A stretch of DNA of 54,738 nt from Patescibacteria group bacterium (GCA_018817315.1 JAHITV010000004.1:1-54738); one strand, 5' to 3'. Counted from the stretch's first letter, positions 37,467-47,554 are shown. The notes: a model not told the origin generated them from the sequence alone. Made by a program: numbers and translations.

Positions 37467-38837
37467 ATGGATTTAGATAAGTCAATTTTTAAATCATATG
37501 ATATTCGGGGTGTTTATCCTAAGCAATTAAATGAAGGAATTACTAGATTAATTGCCCAAGCTTATCTTAAAATTTTATCCCAAAAGTTAAAGAAAAAAGT
37601 TAGTGATCTTTATCTTGCTATAGGCCAAGATATTAGAGAATCATCAAAATCCTTAAATCAGGCACTGATTGATACTTTTCTAGATTATGGGGTAAAAATT
37701 GATAATTTAGGTTTAATTTCTATCAATGATATTTATTTTGCCGTAGGATATTATGAGTATGATGGAGGGATAGTAACTACTGCTTCACACAATCCTCCCC
37801 AGTATGGCGGTTTTAAAATGGTAATGACTAATCAAGATATTCCTGACAGTATAGATTTTATTAGCGGAGAAAGTTTATATCAGCAGTTGAGCAATTTACC
37901 TTTAACAGTAGAAAAGCTTAAGGGCAGTATAAAAGATAAAGATATTTCTCAAGATCATTTACGTCATATTTTATCGTTTGCAGATATTAATAAGATTAAA
38001 CCTTTAAAAGTGGTGGTGGATACTGGCAATGGGATGATGGGTCTTTTAATTCCTCATTTATTTGAAAAATTACCTTGCCAGTTAATCCCTTTATTTTTAG
38101 AATTGGATAAAAATTTTCTTAATCGTTCACCTAATCCTCTGGTAGAGGGCGCAACCATAAAAGTCAGTCAAAAAGTTATTAAGGAAAAAGCAGACTTAGG
38201 CGTTATTTTTGATGTTGATGGTGACAGAATGTTTTTAATTGATGAGCAGGGCAATCTTGTTAAAGGAGATATGGTTTTACTTTTATTAGCTAAGTCAATG
38301 CTTAAAAAACAGCCGGGAAGCGGAATTGTTTATAATTTAATTTGCTCACATGCTGTCCCTGAACTGATTACCAAGTGGGGCGGCCAGCCAATCAGAAGTG
38401 AAGTTGGTTACCGTAATTTAGCTGATCACATGCGTAAGGAAGATGGTTTAATGAGCGGTGAAGTTTCAGCCCACTTTGCTTTTAAGGATAATTATTATGC
38501 TGATTCAGGTTTTATTGCTCTGGTTTTGGCTTTGGCAGCAATTTCTCAAGATGGTAGAAAACTTTCAGAAATCATTAAAGATTTCAGTTTATATTCCAGG
38601 GGTGATGAAATCAACATTGAAGTTGATGATATCCAAGCGGCTTTGGATAAAATCAGAACCAGTTTTTCCGCCAATATTAAAGATGAAATAGACGGCATCA
38701 CTGTTGAGTTTTCTGACTGGTGGTTTAATGTACGTCCTTCTAATACTGAACCATTATTAAGAATCACGGTTGAAGCAAAAAATCAAAAAGAATTACAAAA
38801 ACATCAACAAGAAATTTTAACCAGTTTAAATCATTAA
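37467..38837 (+). CDS. manB: Phosphomannomutase/phosphoglucomutase
   Basis: FKSYDIRG, TASHNP, FDVDGDR, GEVSAH, VRPSNTEPLLR. Confidence 0.93.
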   Translation: MDLDKSIFKSYDIRGVYPKQLNEGITRLIAQAYLKILSQKLKKKVSDLYLAIGQDIRESSKSLNQALIDTFLDYGVKIDNLGLISINDIYFAVGYYEYDGGIVTTASHNPPQYGGFKMVMTNQDIPDSIDFISGESLYQQLSNLPLTVEKLKGSIKDKDISQDHLRHILSFADINKIKPLKVVVDTGNGMMGLLIPHLFEKLPCQLIPLFLELDKNFLNRSPNPLVEGATIKVSQKVIKEKADLGVIFDVDGDRMFLIDEQGNLVKGDMVLLLLAKSMLKKQPGSGIVYNLICSHAVPELITKWGGQPIRSEVGYRNLADHMRKEDGLMSGEVSAHFAFKDNYYADSGFIALVLALAAISQDGRKLSEIIKDFSLYSRGDEINIEVDDIQAALDKIRTSFSANIKDEIDGITVEFSDWWFNVRPSNTEPLLRITVEAKNQKELQKHQQEILTSLNH

Positions 38838-38838
38838 A

Positions 38839-39642
38839 ATGATAGGAATTTTTGACTCCGGCTTTGGGGGATTGACAGTTTTTAAGGAAATTAAAAGAGC
38901 ATTGCCTCAATATAATTATATTTATCTGGGGGACAGTTTAAGAGCGCCTTATGGCGACAGAAGCCAAGAGGCGATTTTTAATTTTACTAAAGAAGCTGTA
39001 GATTATTTATTTAAGCAAGGATGTTTATTGGTCATTATTGCCTGTAATAGTGCTTCCAGTAAAGCCTTAAGAAAATTACAGCAGGAATATTTACCAGAGC
39101 ATTATCCTGATCGTCGTCTTTTGGGGGTGATTAGGCCAATAGTAGAAGAGGCAGTTAAAGTTTCTAAAAAAGGCAGGATCGGTGTTATTGGCACTAAAGC
39201 AACTGTTGAAGCAAAAGCTTATCTTAGGGAACTGGACCAGCAAAAAAAAGGTTTAGAAATTTTTCAGAATACCTGTCCATTGTTGGTGCCATTGGTTGAG
39301 GAAAATGTTTTGAATAAACCAGAAACCAGAATGATTATTAAAAAATATTTAAGGCCGCTTAAAGAAAAAAAGATTGATACTTTGATTTTGGGCTGTACTC
39401 ATTATCCTATATTAATGAAGGAGATTAGTCGGATTATAGGAAAGAGCGTTAAGGTTTTGGATGTAGCTAAAATTGTAGCAGAGAAGTTGGCTGATTACTT
39501 GAATCGTCATCCGGAAATTGAATCTTTATTAAAAAAGAATGGTCAAGTACAATATTTAACCACTGATAATGTGGAAAGGTTTGCAGAATTAGGCAGTAAG
39601 TTTTTAGGAGAGAAAATCGTAGCAGAGAAAATTGTATTATAA
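38839..39642 (+). CDS. murI: Glutamate racemase
   Basis: IGIFDSGFGGLTV, APYG, IACNSAS, LGCTHYP. Confidence 0.97.
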   Translation: MIGIFDSGFGGLTVFKEIKRALPQYNYIYLGDSLRAPYGDRSQEAIFNFTKEAVDYLFKQGCLLVIIACNSASSKALRKLQQEYLPEHYPDRRLLGVIRPIVEEAVKVSKKGRIGVIGTKATVEAKAYLRELDQQKKGLEIFQNTCPLLVPLVEENVLNKPETRMIIKKYLRPLKEKKIDTLILGCTHYPILMKEISRIIGKSVKVLDVAKIVAEKLADYLNRHPEIESLLKKNGQVQYLTTDNVERFAELGSKFLGEKIVAEKIVL

Positions 39643-39680
39643 AGGGTAGCCCACGGTTTTAAACCGTGGGCTACCCTTTA
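39640..39680. repeat. 41-bp palindrome (GTAG-headed REP-like) between convergent murI and trpS
   Basis: TAAAGGGTAGCCCACGGTTT-t-AAACCGTGGGCTACCCTTTA. Confidence 0.85.
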
Positions 39681-39681
39681 T

Positions 39682-40740
39682 TTATACTAAACCCATTCTT
39701 TTTTTAATTTCCAGAATATTTTTTCGGGCGATTTTTCGGGCACGTTTAGCTCCCTCGCTTAAAATTTCTTGAACTTTCTTTTTATCTTTGAGTAGTTTTA
39801 CTTTGTTTTCTTGAATTGGTTTTAAAAATGTTATTAATATTTTAATAACCTCTTTTTTTAAATTATAATAACTTATTTTTTGTCCGTTTTTATATTGATC
39901 AAGCATTGATTCAAAAATTTTAGCACCAGTTTTATTTTTGTTAATAAGTCCATCTAAAATATTAAATAGATTTTCTATACCAGATTTAGTTTCCATTAAA
40001 CCTAATTCATAACTTCCTGTTTTAGGGAAATTAATTTTATATCCGATATCCGCTTCTGGTCCAGAATCAGTTACGGCTCTCATAATCTTTTTTTCTATAA
40101 TCTCTGGTGAGTCGCTTAAAGCAATATAATGATTCGGTCCTAAAGATTTACTCATTTTTTTGGTTGGGTCAGCTAAGGACATTATTCTTGCACCATGACT
40201 GACAATCGGCTTAATCTCTTTGAGATATCTTCCGAATTTATGATTAAATTTTCTAGCAATCATATTAGTCAGCTCCAAATGTTGCAGTTGGTCTTCGCCA
40301 ACAGGCACAACATCAGTGTTATATAAAAGAATATCAGCGGCTTGCAAAACAGGATAATCAAAAAGTCCGGCATTGATATTTTTTTTGTTTTGTTGAGACT
40401 TATCTTTAAATTGAGTCATTCTTTGTAATTCACTGATAGGCGTTAAAGTATTCAATAACCAGCAAAGTTCAGTATGTTCTGGAACATGCGACTGAACAAA
40501 AAGAATAGAGTTTTTGGGAACAATACCAATAGCCAAAAGATCCATGGCTGTGTCAAGGATTTTTTCTTGGTAACTTTTGGCGTCATAATCAATAGTAATG
40601 GCATGTAAATCAACAATACAAAAAAAGCAGTTATATTGTTTCTGTTTCTGTAGGTCAACCCAGTTTTTTAAAGCGCCTAAATAGTTACCGATATGAATTT
40701 GGCCAGTAGGCTGGATACCAGAAAAAAGTGTTTTAGTCAT
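39682..40740 (-). CDS. trpS: Tryptophan--tRNA ligase
   Basis: SGIQPTGQIHIGNYLGA, YPVLQAADIL, VPVGEDQ, KMSKS. Confidence 0.97.
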   Translation of the reverse strand: MTKTLFSGIQPTGQIHIGNYLGALKNWVDLQKQKQYNCFFCIVDLHAITIDYDAKSYQEKILDTAMDLLAIGIVPKNSILFVQSHVPEHTELCWLLNTLTPISELQRMTQFKDKSQQNKKNINAGLFDYPVLQAADILLYNTDVVPVGEDQLQHLELTNMIARKFNHKFGRYLKEIKPIVSHGARIMSLADPTKKMSKSLGPNHYIALSDSPEIIEKKIMRAVTDSGPEADIGYKINFPKTGSYELGLMETKSGIENLFNILDGLINKNKTGAKIFESMLDQYKNGQKISYYNLKKEVIKILITFLKPIQENKVKLLKDKKKVQEILSEGAKRARKIARKNILEIKKRMGLV

Positions 40741-40767
40741 ATATTAATTTTAACATAAGATTTCTTA

Positions 40768-41670
40768 CTATCCAAAAATGACAATAATGACAGCCCCGCT
40801 TAACATCATTAAAATTCCCGGTAGTCGTTTAAGTAAATTTTTCTCTTTAAAGAGGAGACTGCCTAAAATAATGGGTATTAATAACCCTGTTCTTTTAATA
40901 GAGATAGTGTAATTAACCAAAATAGTGGAATAAGCATTCATTAATAACCAAGCGGCAAGACTGTTAATAAAACCAATAATCAAAAACCAGAGCCAGTTAT
41001 TTTTTAAACCTAGCCAGAGATTACTACTCAAATTTTTAGAGTTTCTGGAAAATTGATAAATGATTAGATAAAAAATTATAATTATTATATTAAGCCATAA
41101 TAAATAACCTAAAGAAGAAGAGCTTAAAGTACCTGCTTTATCCAAATTGCCCCAGATGCTGTATAAAAAAGCTACCAGAATCATTATCTGACTTCCTTTA
41201 CCCAAACGCCATTTAAGATTTTTTTCTTTTTGTTCTTGTGAACCCAACCAAAAAGTGCCAAAAATAATGACAACAATACCAATTAAAGCAAGATTAGAAG
41301 GAACTTGTTTAAAGAAAATAAACTCAACCGGAACTAAAAAGATAAAAGTAAAGGATAAAAAAGGCAAGGTTAAAGAAAAATCTTCAATAGTAATGGCTTT
41401 AAGATGAAGGTAAGTAGCCCCGCTGCCAATCAAAGCAGCAATAAATGCAATTATTAGAGTTTGCGGATTCAGGGTAAATTGTTTTTGGCTTACAGTGAGA
41501 ATGATAATAAAAAAAGTGGCGAAAATAAATTGACCAACCAGAACCGTTAGCAGAGCCAGTTTTTTATTTGTAGTTAAATGTTTTTTAAATAGTTCAATAA
41601 TACCAAAAAAACTGGCAGCAATTATTGCTGCGCCAAAACCGTAGAATAATAACTGGGGTAGATGATTCAT
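40768..41670 (-). CDS. EamA/DMT-family transporter
   Basis: About 10 TM helices in two halves; FFKQ../LFKEK motifs. Confidence 0.88.
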   Translation of the reverse strand: MNHLPQLLFYGFGAAIIAASFFGIIELFKKHLTTNKKLALLTVLVGQFIFATFFIIILTVSQKQFTLNPQTLIIAFIAALIGSGATYLHLKAITIEDFSLTLPFLSFTFIFLVPVEFIFFKQVPSNLALIGIVVIIFGTFWLGSQEQKEKNLKWRLGKGSQIMILVAFLYSIWGNLDKAGTLSSSSLGYLLWLNIIIIIFYLIIYQFSRNSKNLSSNLWLGLKNNWLWFLIIGFINSLAAWLLMNAYSTILVNYTISIKRTGLLIPIILGSLLFKEKNLLKRLPGILMMLSGAVIIVIFG

Positions 41671-41674
41671 TTAT

Positions 41675-43423
41675 TTAGACTTCAATGATTACCGGCAAAA
41701 CCATTGGTCTTCTTTCGGTACGTTGGAAAAGAAATTTGCCGATTTCATTGCGGATTTTATCCTTAAGATACATTTCATTGGCAGAAACTTTAGGATTGTA
41801 ATCTTTTAGCAAAGATTTAACTTTATTTCTGGTGTCCTCAACCAATTGTTTACTTTCTTTCATATAAATAAAGCCGCGGGAAATCAAATCAGGATTATGA
41901 ACAAGTTTGCCTGTGCGTCCGTCAACAGTAGCAATAACCACAATCATGCCGTCAGCTGCCATCATTTGGCGGTCTCTTAAAACAATATTAGAAACATCAC
42001 CCACGCCCAAACCGTCAATAAAAATATAGTCTGCCGGAACTTTCTTATCAGTTAACCTGCCGCCGCGTTTGGAAAATTCAACAATCTGGCCATTATCAGT
42101 CACAAAAGTTTTTAAAGGATTTATTCCAGCATCTTGAGCTATTTTAGCATGATGCCTTAAGAATGAGTGATTACCCTCAATAGGAATAAAGTATTCTGGC
42201 CTGATTAAATTAATCAACAGTTTAAGGTCTTCAGCTCTAGCGTGGCCGCCAGCATGAACATCCATCATTTGATAATGGATGACTTCGGCACCTTCCCGAT
42301 AAAGGGAGTCTTTTAAGCGCTGAACTGATCTTTCATTGCCTGGTACTACTGAAGAGGAAAAGACTATGGTGTCACCTGGTTCTACCTTTAAATTTTTATG
42401 TTCACGATTAGCAATGCGCATTAAAACTGCCCGGTCTTCTCCTTGAGCTCCAGTACAAAGAATAATTATCTTGTTTTTTGGGTAATTGCTAACATCATTA
42501 AGAGAGATAAGAGTACCTTTCTTGATTTTAAGATAACCTAAAGCTTGGGCAATTTCTACATTAGTTTTCATAGAATAACCTTCAATAATTACTTTTTTGC
42601 CCATTTTTTCTGCTGACCAAATTATTTGTTGGATTCTGCCTAATAATGAAGCAAAGGTGGCCATAATTACTCTACTGGAAGCGTTTCTAATAATATCATC
42701 AAGGTTATGTTGAATCTCCATTTCACTTAATTGATGTCCACTTTGTGAAGCGTTAGTAGAATCAGCCATTAAAGCTAAAACTTTTTTAGAGTTGAGTTGA
42801 GCAATTTTGGCGATTTCTGCGGGTGTATCCCCACCAGTTCTGTCTAAATTTATCTTAAAATCGCCGGTGTGAACAATAAAACCAAAAGGAGTTTCTATGA
42901 TTAAACCCATAGAAGTAGGAATATTATGATTAACTCCAAAAAAGCGAATTTTAAAAATTCCGGCTTTGATTTCATCATCAGTAGTAACAGACTGCAGATT
43001 AAGTTTGGTGCCGTTTTTAAAATCTTCCTGCCGTTTGGCAATAATTGCCAAAGTTAAATCAGAACTATAAATAGTGGGATTACCTAATTTAGGAATGAGG
43101 TGAGGGACAGCACCTATATGATCATAATGCCCGTGAGTAATAAAAACTCCGCGGATATTTTTTTCTTTGCCTTTAAGATATTCGGTATTGGGAATAATAT
43201 AATCAATACCAGGCATATCTTCTTCGGGAAATTGCAAACCCATATCAACTATAATAATATCATTTTCGTATTCCAAAACAGTCATATTACGGCCCACTTC
43301 TTCATTACCGCCTAAAATTATTATTTTAAGCTTGGAATCTTTAGTGGTTTTACTGGCATTATCCTTGGATAGATGCCGAGGAGTTTTATGGTATCGCGTT
43401 TTCTTTTTTATCTTTGTCATCAT
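41675..43423 (-). CDS. rnj: Ribonuclease J
   Basis: LGGNEEVGRNM, THGHYDHIG, HTGDFK, DSTN, TGAQGE, HAGGH, RRPMVLPVIIEV. Confidence 0.96.
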   Translation of the reverse strand: MMTKIKKKTRYHKTPRHLSKDNASKTTKDSKLKIIILGGNEEVGRNMTVLEYENDIIIVDMGLQFPEEDMPGIDYIIPNTEYLKGKEKNIRGVFITHGHYDHIGAVPHLIPKLGNPTIYSSDLTLAIIAKRQEDFKNGTKLNLQSVTTDDEIKAGIFKIRFFGVNHNIPTSMGLIIETPFGFIVHTGDFKINLDRTGGDTPAEIAKIAQLNSKKVLALMADSTNASQSGHQLSEMEIQHNLDDIIRNASSRVIMATFASLLGRIQQIIWSAEKMGKKVIIEGYSMKTNVEIAQALGYLKIKKGTLISLNDVSNYPKNKIIILCTGAQGEDRAVLMRIANREHKNLKVEPGDTIVFSSSVVPGNERSVQRLKDSLYREGAEVIHYQMMDVHAGGHARAEDLKLLINLIRPEYFIPIEGNHSFLRHHAKIAQDAGINPLKTFVTDNGQIVEFSKRGGRLTDKKVPADYIFIDGLGVGDVSNIVLRDRQMMAADGMIVVIATVDGRTGKLVHNPDLISRGFIYMKESKQLVEDTRNKVKSLLKDYNPKVSANEMYLKDKIRNEIGKFLFQRTERRPMVLPVIIEV

Positions 43424-43517
43424 AAGATTTTTATAATTTATGTGTGAATTAAAAGTTTAAAATTTTTAGCCTAAAAATTTGCCGAAGGGGAGAAACGTCC
43501 TGAACGGCGTTGAAGGA

Positions 43518-43602
43518 TGGTGCCGGAGGTGGGATTTGAACCCACAAACCTTGCGGCACACGGCCCTGAACCGTGCGTGTCTGCCAATTTCACCACTCCG
43601 GC
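43518..43602 (-). tRNA. tRNA-Leu(CAG)
   Basis: Reverse complement GCCGGAGTGGTGAAATTGGCAGACACGCACGGTTCAGGGCCGTGTGCCGCAAGGTTTGTGGGTTCAAATCCCACCTCCGGCACCA: long variable arm, CAG anticodon, encoded CCA. Confidence 0.96.
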
Positions 43603-43606
43603 CAAA

Positions 43607-45463
43607 TTATTTAAAATCAGAATCTGATTTTTTCCAGGAGAATTTGGATTTGGTTTTAATATACCAGTCGCAGATGCCGATAAAGCGGTCAGTGGGCTCA
43701 GTAATTTTGGTAAGATTTATACCTTTGATTTCTTTATCAATTGGATAAATATGGAGAGGATTATACAGGAAAATGGCTGGTACATATTCGGCGATAATAT
43801 TTTGAAAATCAATATATTTTTTATTTATTTCTTCAGAGTCGTCAATAATTCTCACTTCTTCTAAAATTTTATCCACATCACGATTAGCCCAAACAGCTAA
43901 ATTAGTGCCTGGACTTTCAGTTTGTGAAGAGTGCCAAAAAGGATAAGGATCAGATTTGATGATTTCTCCAAAAAGCAAGGCTTGGTAATTTCTAGGTTCA
44001 ATAATCTCTGGACGAATACGGTCTTTAGCCACTATTTCAATATTAGTGCTAACGCCTATAGCCTCCCAATTAGCTTTAATAACTTCTAAGGCTTTAACAT
44101 ATTCAATTTTATCCACTGTTTTTAAAGTAATTTCTAGAAGCTCCTTATTTTTTTGTCTAATCTTTCCATTATCTTCGGCATTTATTTTCCAGCCGGCTTG
44201 GTCAAGAAGTCCTTCGGCTGTGGCTGGTTCATAAGGATATTTTTTAATTTCTGAATGGTAACCGATAAAGCCGGGTAAAATTGGACCATCAATAATAGCT
44301 CCTTTCTGGTCCAAAGCTTCTTGCAAAATTTGCGGACGATTAATGGCATAAGCTAATGCTTGCCTGACTTTGGTTTCCTTTAAAGCCTCATTTTCTTTGG
44401 TGTTGAAAAAAACAGCGGTATATTGTGGTAGGGACAAAGAATAGAATTCTAGATTTTTATTTTTTTCTACCGTAGTCTGAAATTCTTTAGGCAGCAGACT
44501 TAAACCTTGAATATTTTTATTAGTCAAAGCAGTGGTGGCAGCATTATAATCTCCGTAAAATTTAAAGATCAATTCTTTTATATAAGGAGGATGATCATGA
44601 TAGTCTTCATTTCTCACCAGGGTGTAACTTCTGATATTGCCGCTTTTATCCTTGGTTAAGGAATGGAATTTAAAAGGTCCGGTGCCAATTGGCTTTTTAT
44701 TTAATTCAGCCAAGGTCGCATTACTGGCTTGAATATTTAACCACTTGTGCTGGGGCAAGATACCAAAGGTTAAACTGTTTAAGAAATTATTAACTGGCTC
44801 TCTTAAAAGGAAGCGTATAGTTTGCTCATCAACTTTTTCTACTTGGACATTACTCATAATGCTTTTTAACTGACTCGGCCATTCTGGATCCTGAATGCTG
44901 ACAACTGTAAAAATTACATCATCAACGGTAAAGGGTTTATTATCATGCCAGCGGATTCCCTCCTTGATTTTAAAGGTATAAACTTTTTTATCCGGGCTGA
45001 TTTGAAAGCTTTCAGCTAGATCTGGTTTAAGAACACCTTCACTATTAGTTTTTAAAAGACCATTAAAGATTAAACTGACCAGATTTCTATCCACATCATT
45101 ATAAGAGGCAAGAACAGGGTTAAGATATTGCGGTGCTCCTACTAACCCTTCTATATAACGGCCGCCAATGGCTGGTTGTAATGAAGAGTGAGCAAAGTAA
45201 AAATTGCTCCCCAGCGAAAATAGGCAGATTACTATAATGATTGTTGAAATTTTGATAGTTCGCTTTTCTTTTTTAGATAACAAGCGGGGCAAGACTTTTA
45301 ACTGGGCAAAACTGGGCAATGATTTTTTAGAGAGATTAAAAACCAGTCTCTGGTCCATTTTTTCAGAGGTGGTACGGTTAATACCCAGAAGGTTTTTAAC
45401 CGTTTTTGCTACCTTATTGGAAAAAGACGCCAAAAATTTTTGTAAACGAGTTACAAAATTCAC
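43607..45463 (-). CDS. Peptide ABC transporter substrate-binding protein (family 5), membrane anchored
   Basis: LIFNGL, PDLAES, WHD..FTVDDVIFT, PIGTGPF, VRQALAYAINR; GTG start. Confidence 0.9.
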   Translation of the reverse strand: MNFVTRLQKFLASFSNKVAKTVKNLLGINRTTSEKMDQRLVFNLSKKSLPSFAQLKVLPRLLSKKEKRTIKISTIIIVICLFSLGSNFYFAHSSLQPAIGGRYIEGLVGAPQYLNPVLASYNDVDRNLVSLIFNGLLKTNSEGVLKPDLAESFQISPDKKVYTFKIKEGIRWHDNKPFTVDDVIFTVVSIQDPEWPSQLKSIMSNVQVEKVDEQTIRFLLREPVNNFLNSLTFGILPQHKWLNIQASNATLAELNKKPIGTGPFKFHSLTKDKSGNIRSYTLVRNEDYHDHPPYIKELIFKFYGDYNAATTALTNKNIQGLSLLPKEFQTTVEKNKNLEFYSLSLPQYTAVFFNTKENEALKETKVRQALAYAINRPQILQEALDQKGAIIDGPILPGFIGYHSEIKKYPYEPATAEGLLDQAGWKINAEDNGKIRQKNKELLEITLKTVDKIEYVKALEVIKANWEAIGVSTNIEIVAKDRIRPEIIEPRNYQALLFGEIIKSDPYPFWHSSQTESPGTNLAVWANRDVDKILEEVRIIDDSEEINKKYIDFQNIIAEYVPAIFLYNPLHIYPIDKEIKGINLTKITEPTDRFIGICDWYIKTKSKFSWKKSDSDFK

Positions 45464-45470
45464 AAAATTA

Positions 45471-45692
45471 TTATTTAGCTAAAAAGACATTAATAATGGC
45501 TGCAGCTAGAAATATTACAGCTAAAATTATAGTAGAAATAAAAATAAATTTTTCTGCCCCGCGTTTAGTTCGATAAACTCCACCTTCACCGCCAAAAACT
45601 CCACCTAAACCTGCACCCCGGTTTTGCATTAAAATCACTATTACTAAGATAATAGCGGAAACTATTTGTATTATTTGAGCAATTTTTTGCAT
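45471..45692 (-). CDS. secG: Preprotein translocase subunit SecG
   Basis: ILMQNRGAGLGGVFGG..RGAEK with two TM helices. Confidence 0.93.
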   Translation of the reverse strand: MQKIAQIIQIVSAIILVIVILMQNRGAGLGGVFGGEGGVYRTKRGAEKFIFISTIILAVIFLAAAIINVFLAK

Positions 45693-45728
45693 GATTTACT
45701 TGATTTGTATTTTAGCAGGTTATTAAAG

Positions 45729-47471
45729 TTATGTCAATGATGATTTTAGAATTTTTGTTTTATGTTTGCCAATCAAGTCAATCAATTCGTTATTTTTAGC
45801 ATCTTTTATTTTAGTCAGTGATCCCAACTTTTTAATTAAAAGTTTTTTGGTTTTGGGTCCGATTCCTGGTATTTCATCTAATTGTGAGAGTTTTAAACTT
45901 TTTTGCTGTTTTATTCTGTGACCAGAAATGGCAAAACGGTGAGCTTCATCGCGCAGTCGTTGTAAAAGTTGTAAAACAGGTGAATTTAAGGGTAGCTGCA
46001 GTGGTTTTGAACCAGTTTTATAATATATTTCTTCTTGACGTTTAGCTAAGGAAATAATGGGTAGATCGTGGCATTGTTTGCAGGCGGCATTTAACTGACC
46101 TTGACCTCCGTCAATTAAAATCAAATCAGGCATTGGCCAGTTGTTATGAGTAAAACGTCTTTTAATAATTTCAGCGATCATAGCAGGGTCATTGGGTCCT
46201 GTAACTGTTTTAATAGTAAAGCGCCGGTACTCGTTTTTGGCTGGCTGTCCATTGATGAACACTACCATAGAGCCAGTTGCTAATTTTCCTTGAATATTAG
46301 AAATATCATAAGCTTCAATTCTGTGGGGTAATTTTTCCAGTTTGAGGAGTAGTTGAAGCTTTTTAAGATTTTCCCCGCCAGAGGCGGATCCGCTTAGAGC
46401 GGATTTACTGTCTTTTTGCCAGGAAGTTTGTTGCATTAGAAAAAATTGCTTGGCGTTTGTTTTGCCCATTTCCAATAATTTCTTTTTTTTACCCTTGCTA
46501 GGCACTAAAACTTTTTTAATTTTCTCAATTTCAAAATTCAGCTCAAATGGAAGTATCAACTTTTTAGGAAAATCATCAGTCTGGCTGTAGTATTGGTTGA
46601 TAAATTGTTCTAATAATTCTTTGTCAGAATAGAACTTAACATTTTTTAAAGTAAAATTTTGTTGGTTTAAAAGTTTTCCTTCTCGGATTTTAAACAAGTT
46701 TACAATAGCCAAATCATATTCAGCAGGTGATTTAAATAAGCTGATTAAATCTTGACTTTCCTTTTGGGTGAAAATTACTTTTTGATATTCACTGATTCTT
46801 TGGATGGACTCAATCTGGTCGCGGACAATGGAAGCTTTTTCGTACTGCTTTTTTCCACTTAAAACGCTCATTCTCTTTTTTAAATTTTTTAAGACTTGAG
46901 CATTTTGTCCGTTTAAAAAAGCTGTTACTTGTTTGAGGACATCTTGACTAGCGTTTTTGGTTTGGCTTGCTAAATTCCATTGGTCTTTTTGCAAACGATA
47001 TTTTTGCAGTTTTTTATCAAAGGAAAGTTGAGGAAAAATTTTCTTTAAGAGTCTGACAGTCCGCCTAACAGCTTGGGCAGAAGTATAAGGCCCAAGGTAT
47101 TTAGCTTTATCTTTAAATAGTTTTCTAACCGTACTTATTTTGGGCAAGTTATTTTCCAAATATAGTTTGATGTAAAGCCAGCTTTTATCATCTTTTAAAT
47201 CAATGTTATAAGGCGGCTGATGCTTTTTAATTAAGCTTGATTCTAAAAGTTGGGCTTCGGTTTCATTAGTTACTACAGTGTATTCAATTTTACTGATTTG
47301 GGAAACCATTAAACGTTTGGCAGGAGAAAGTTCGGCTTTGGCAGTAAAATAAGAACGTACCCGGTTTTTAAGGTTTTTAGCTTTGCCAATATATAAAATA
47401 TTTCCTTGGTTGTTTTTAAATTTATAAATACCGGCCAGAGTCGGCAATTTTTGTAACTGTTTTTTTAGCAT
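45729..47471 (-). CDS. uvrC: Excinuclease ABC subunit C
   Basis: GIY..YIGKAKNLKNRVRSYF, RIEAYDISN, DLILIDGGQGQL, RDEAHRFA, IPGIGPK. Confidence 0.97.
   Translation of the reverse strand: MLKKQLQKLPTLAGIYKFKNNQGNILYIGKAKNLKNRVRSYFTAKAELSPAKRLMVSQISKIEYTVVTNETEAQLLESSLIKKHQPPYNIDLKDDKSWLYIKLYLENNLPKISTVRKLFKDKAKYLGPYTSAQAVRRTVRLLKKIFPQLSFDKKLQKYRLQKDQWNLASQTKNASQDVLKQVTAFLNGQNAQVLKNLKKRMSVLSGKKQYEKASIVRDQIESIQRISEYQKVIFTQKESQDLISLFKSPAEYDLAIVNLFKIREGKLLNQQNFTLKNVKFYSDKELLEQFINQYYSQTDDFPKKLILPFELNFEIEKIKKVLVPSKGKKKKLLEMGKTNAKQFFLMQQTSWQKDSKSALSGSASGGENLKKLQLLLKLEKLPHRIEAYDISNIQGKLATGSMVVFINGQPAKNEYRRFTIKTVTGPNDPAMIAEIIKRRFTHNNWPMPDLILIDGGQGQLNAACKQCHDLPIISLAKRQEEIYYKTGSKPLQLPLNSPVLQLLQRLRDEAHRFAISGHRIKQQKSLKLSQLDEIPGIGPKTKKLLIKKLGSLTKIKDAKNNELIDLIGKHKTKILKSSLT
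46374..46403 (-). repeat. Two tandem 15-bp palindromic units inserted in-frame in uvrC
   Basis: Minus strand TCCGCTCTAAGCGGA + TCCGCCTCTGGCGGG encoding SALSG-SASGG; a GC island in an AT-rich gene. Confidence 0.8.
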
Positions 47472-47525
47472 AAAAAGATTTTAGATTAAAAGGATTGTTT
47501 TAAATATAGCAAAAATAGTTGATAG

Positions 47526-47554
47526 TTGACAAATTTTATAATATATGGTATCTT
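47526..47554 (+). promoter_or_regulatory. Sigma70-type promoter for 47649
   Basis: TTGACA-17-TATCTT with TG extension. Confidence 0.6.

Noticed and set aside
43479-43748. 89-aa plus-strand ORF
   Set aside because: Antisense shadow of tRNA-Leu and the SBP 3' end.
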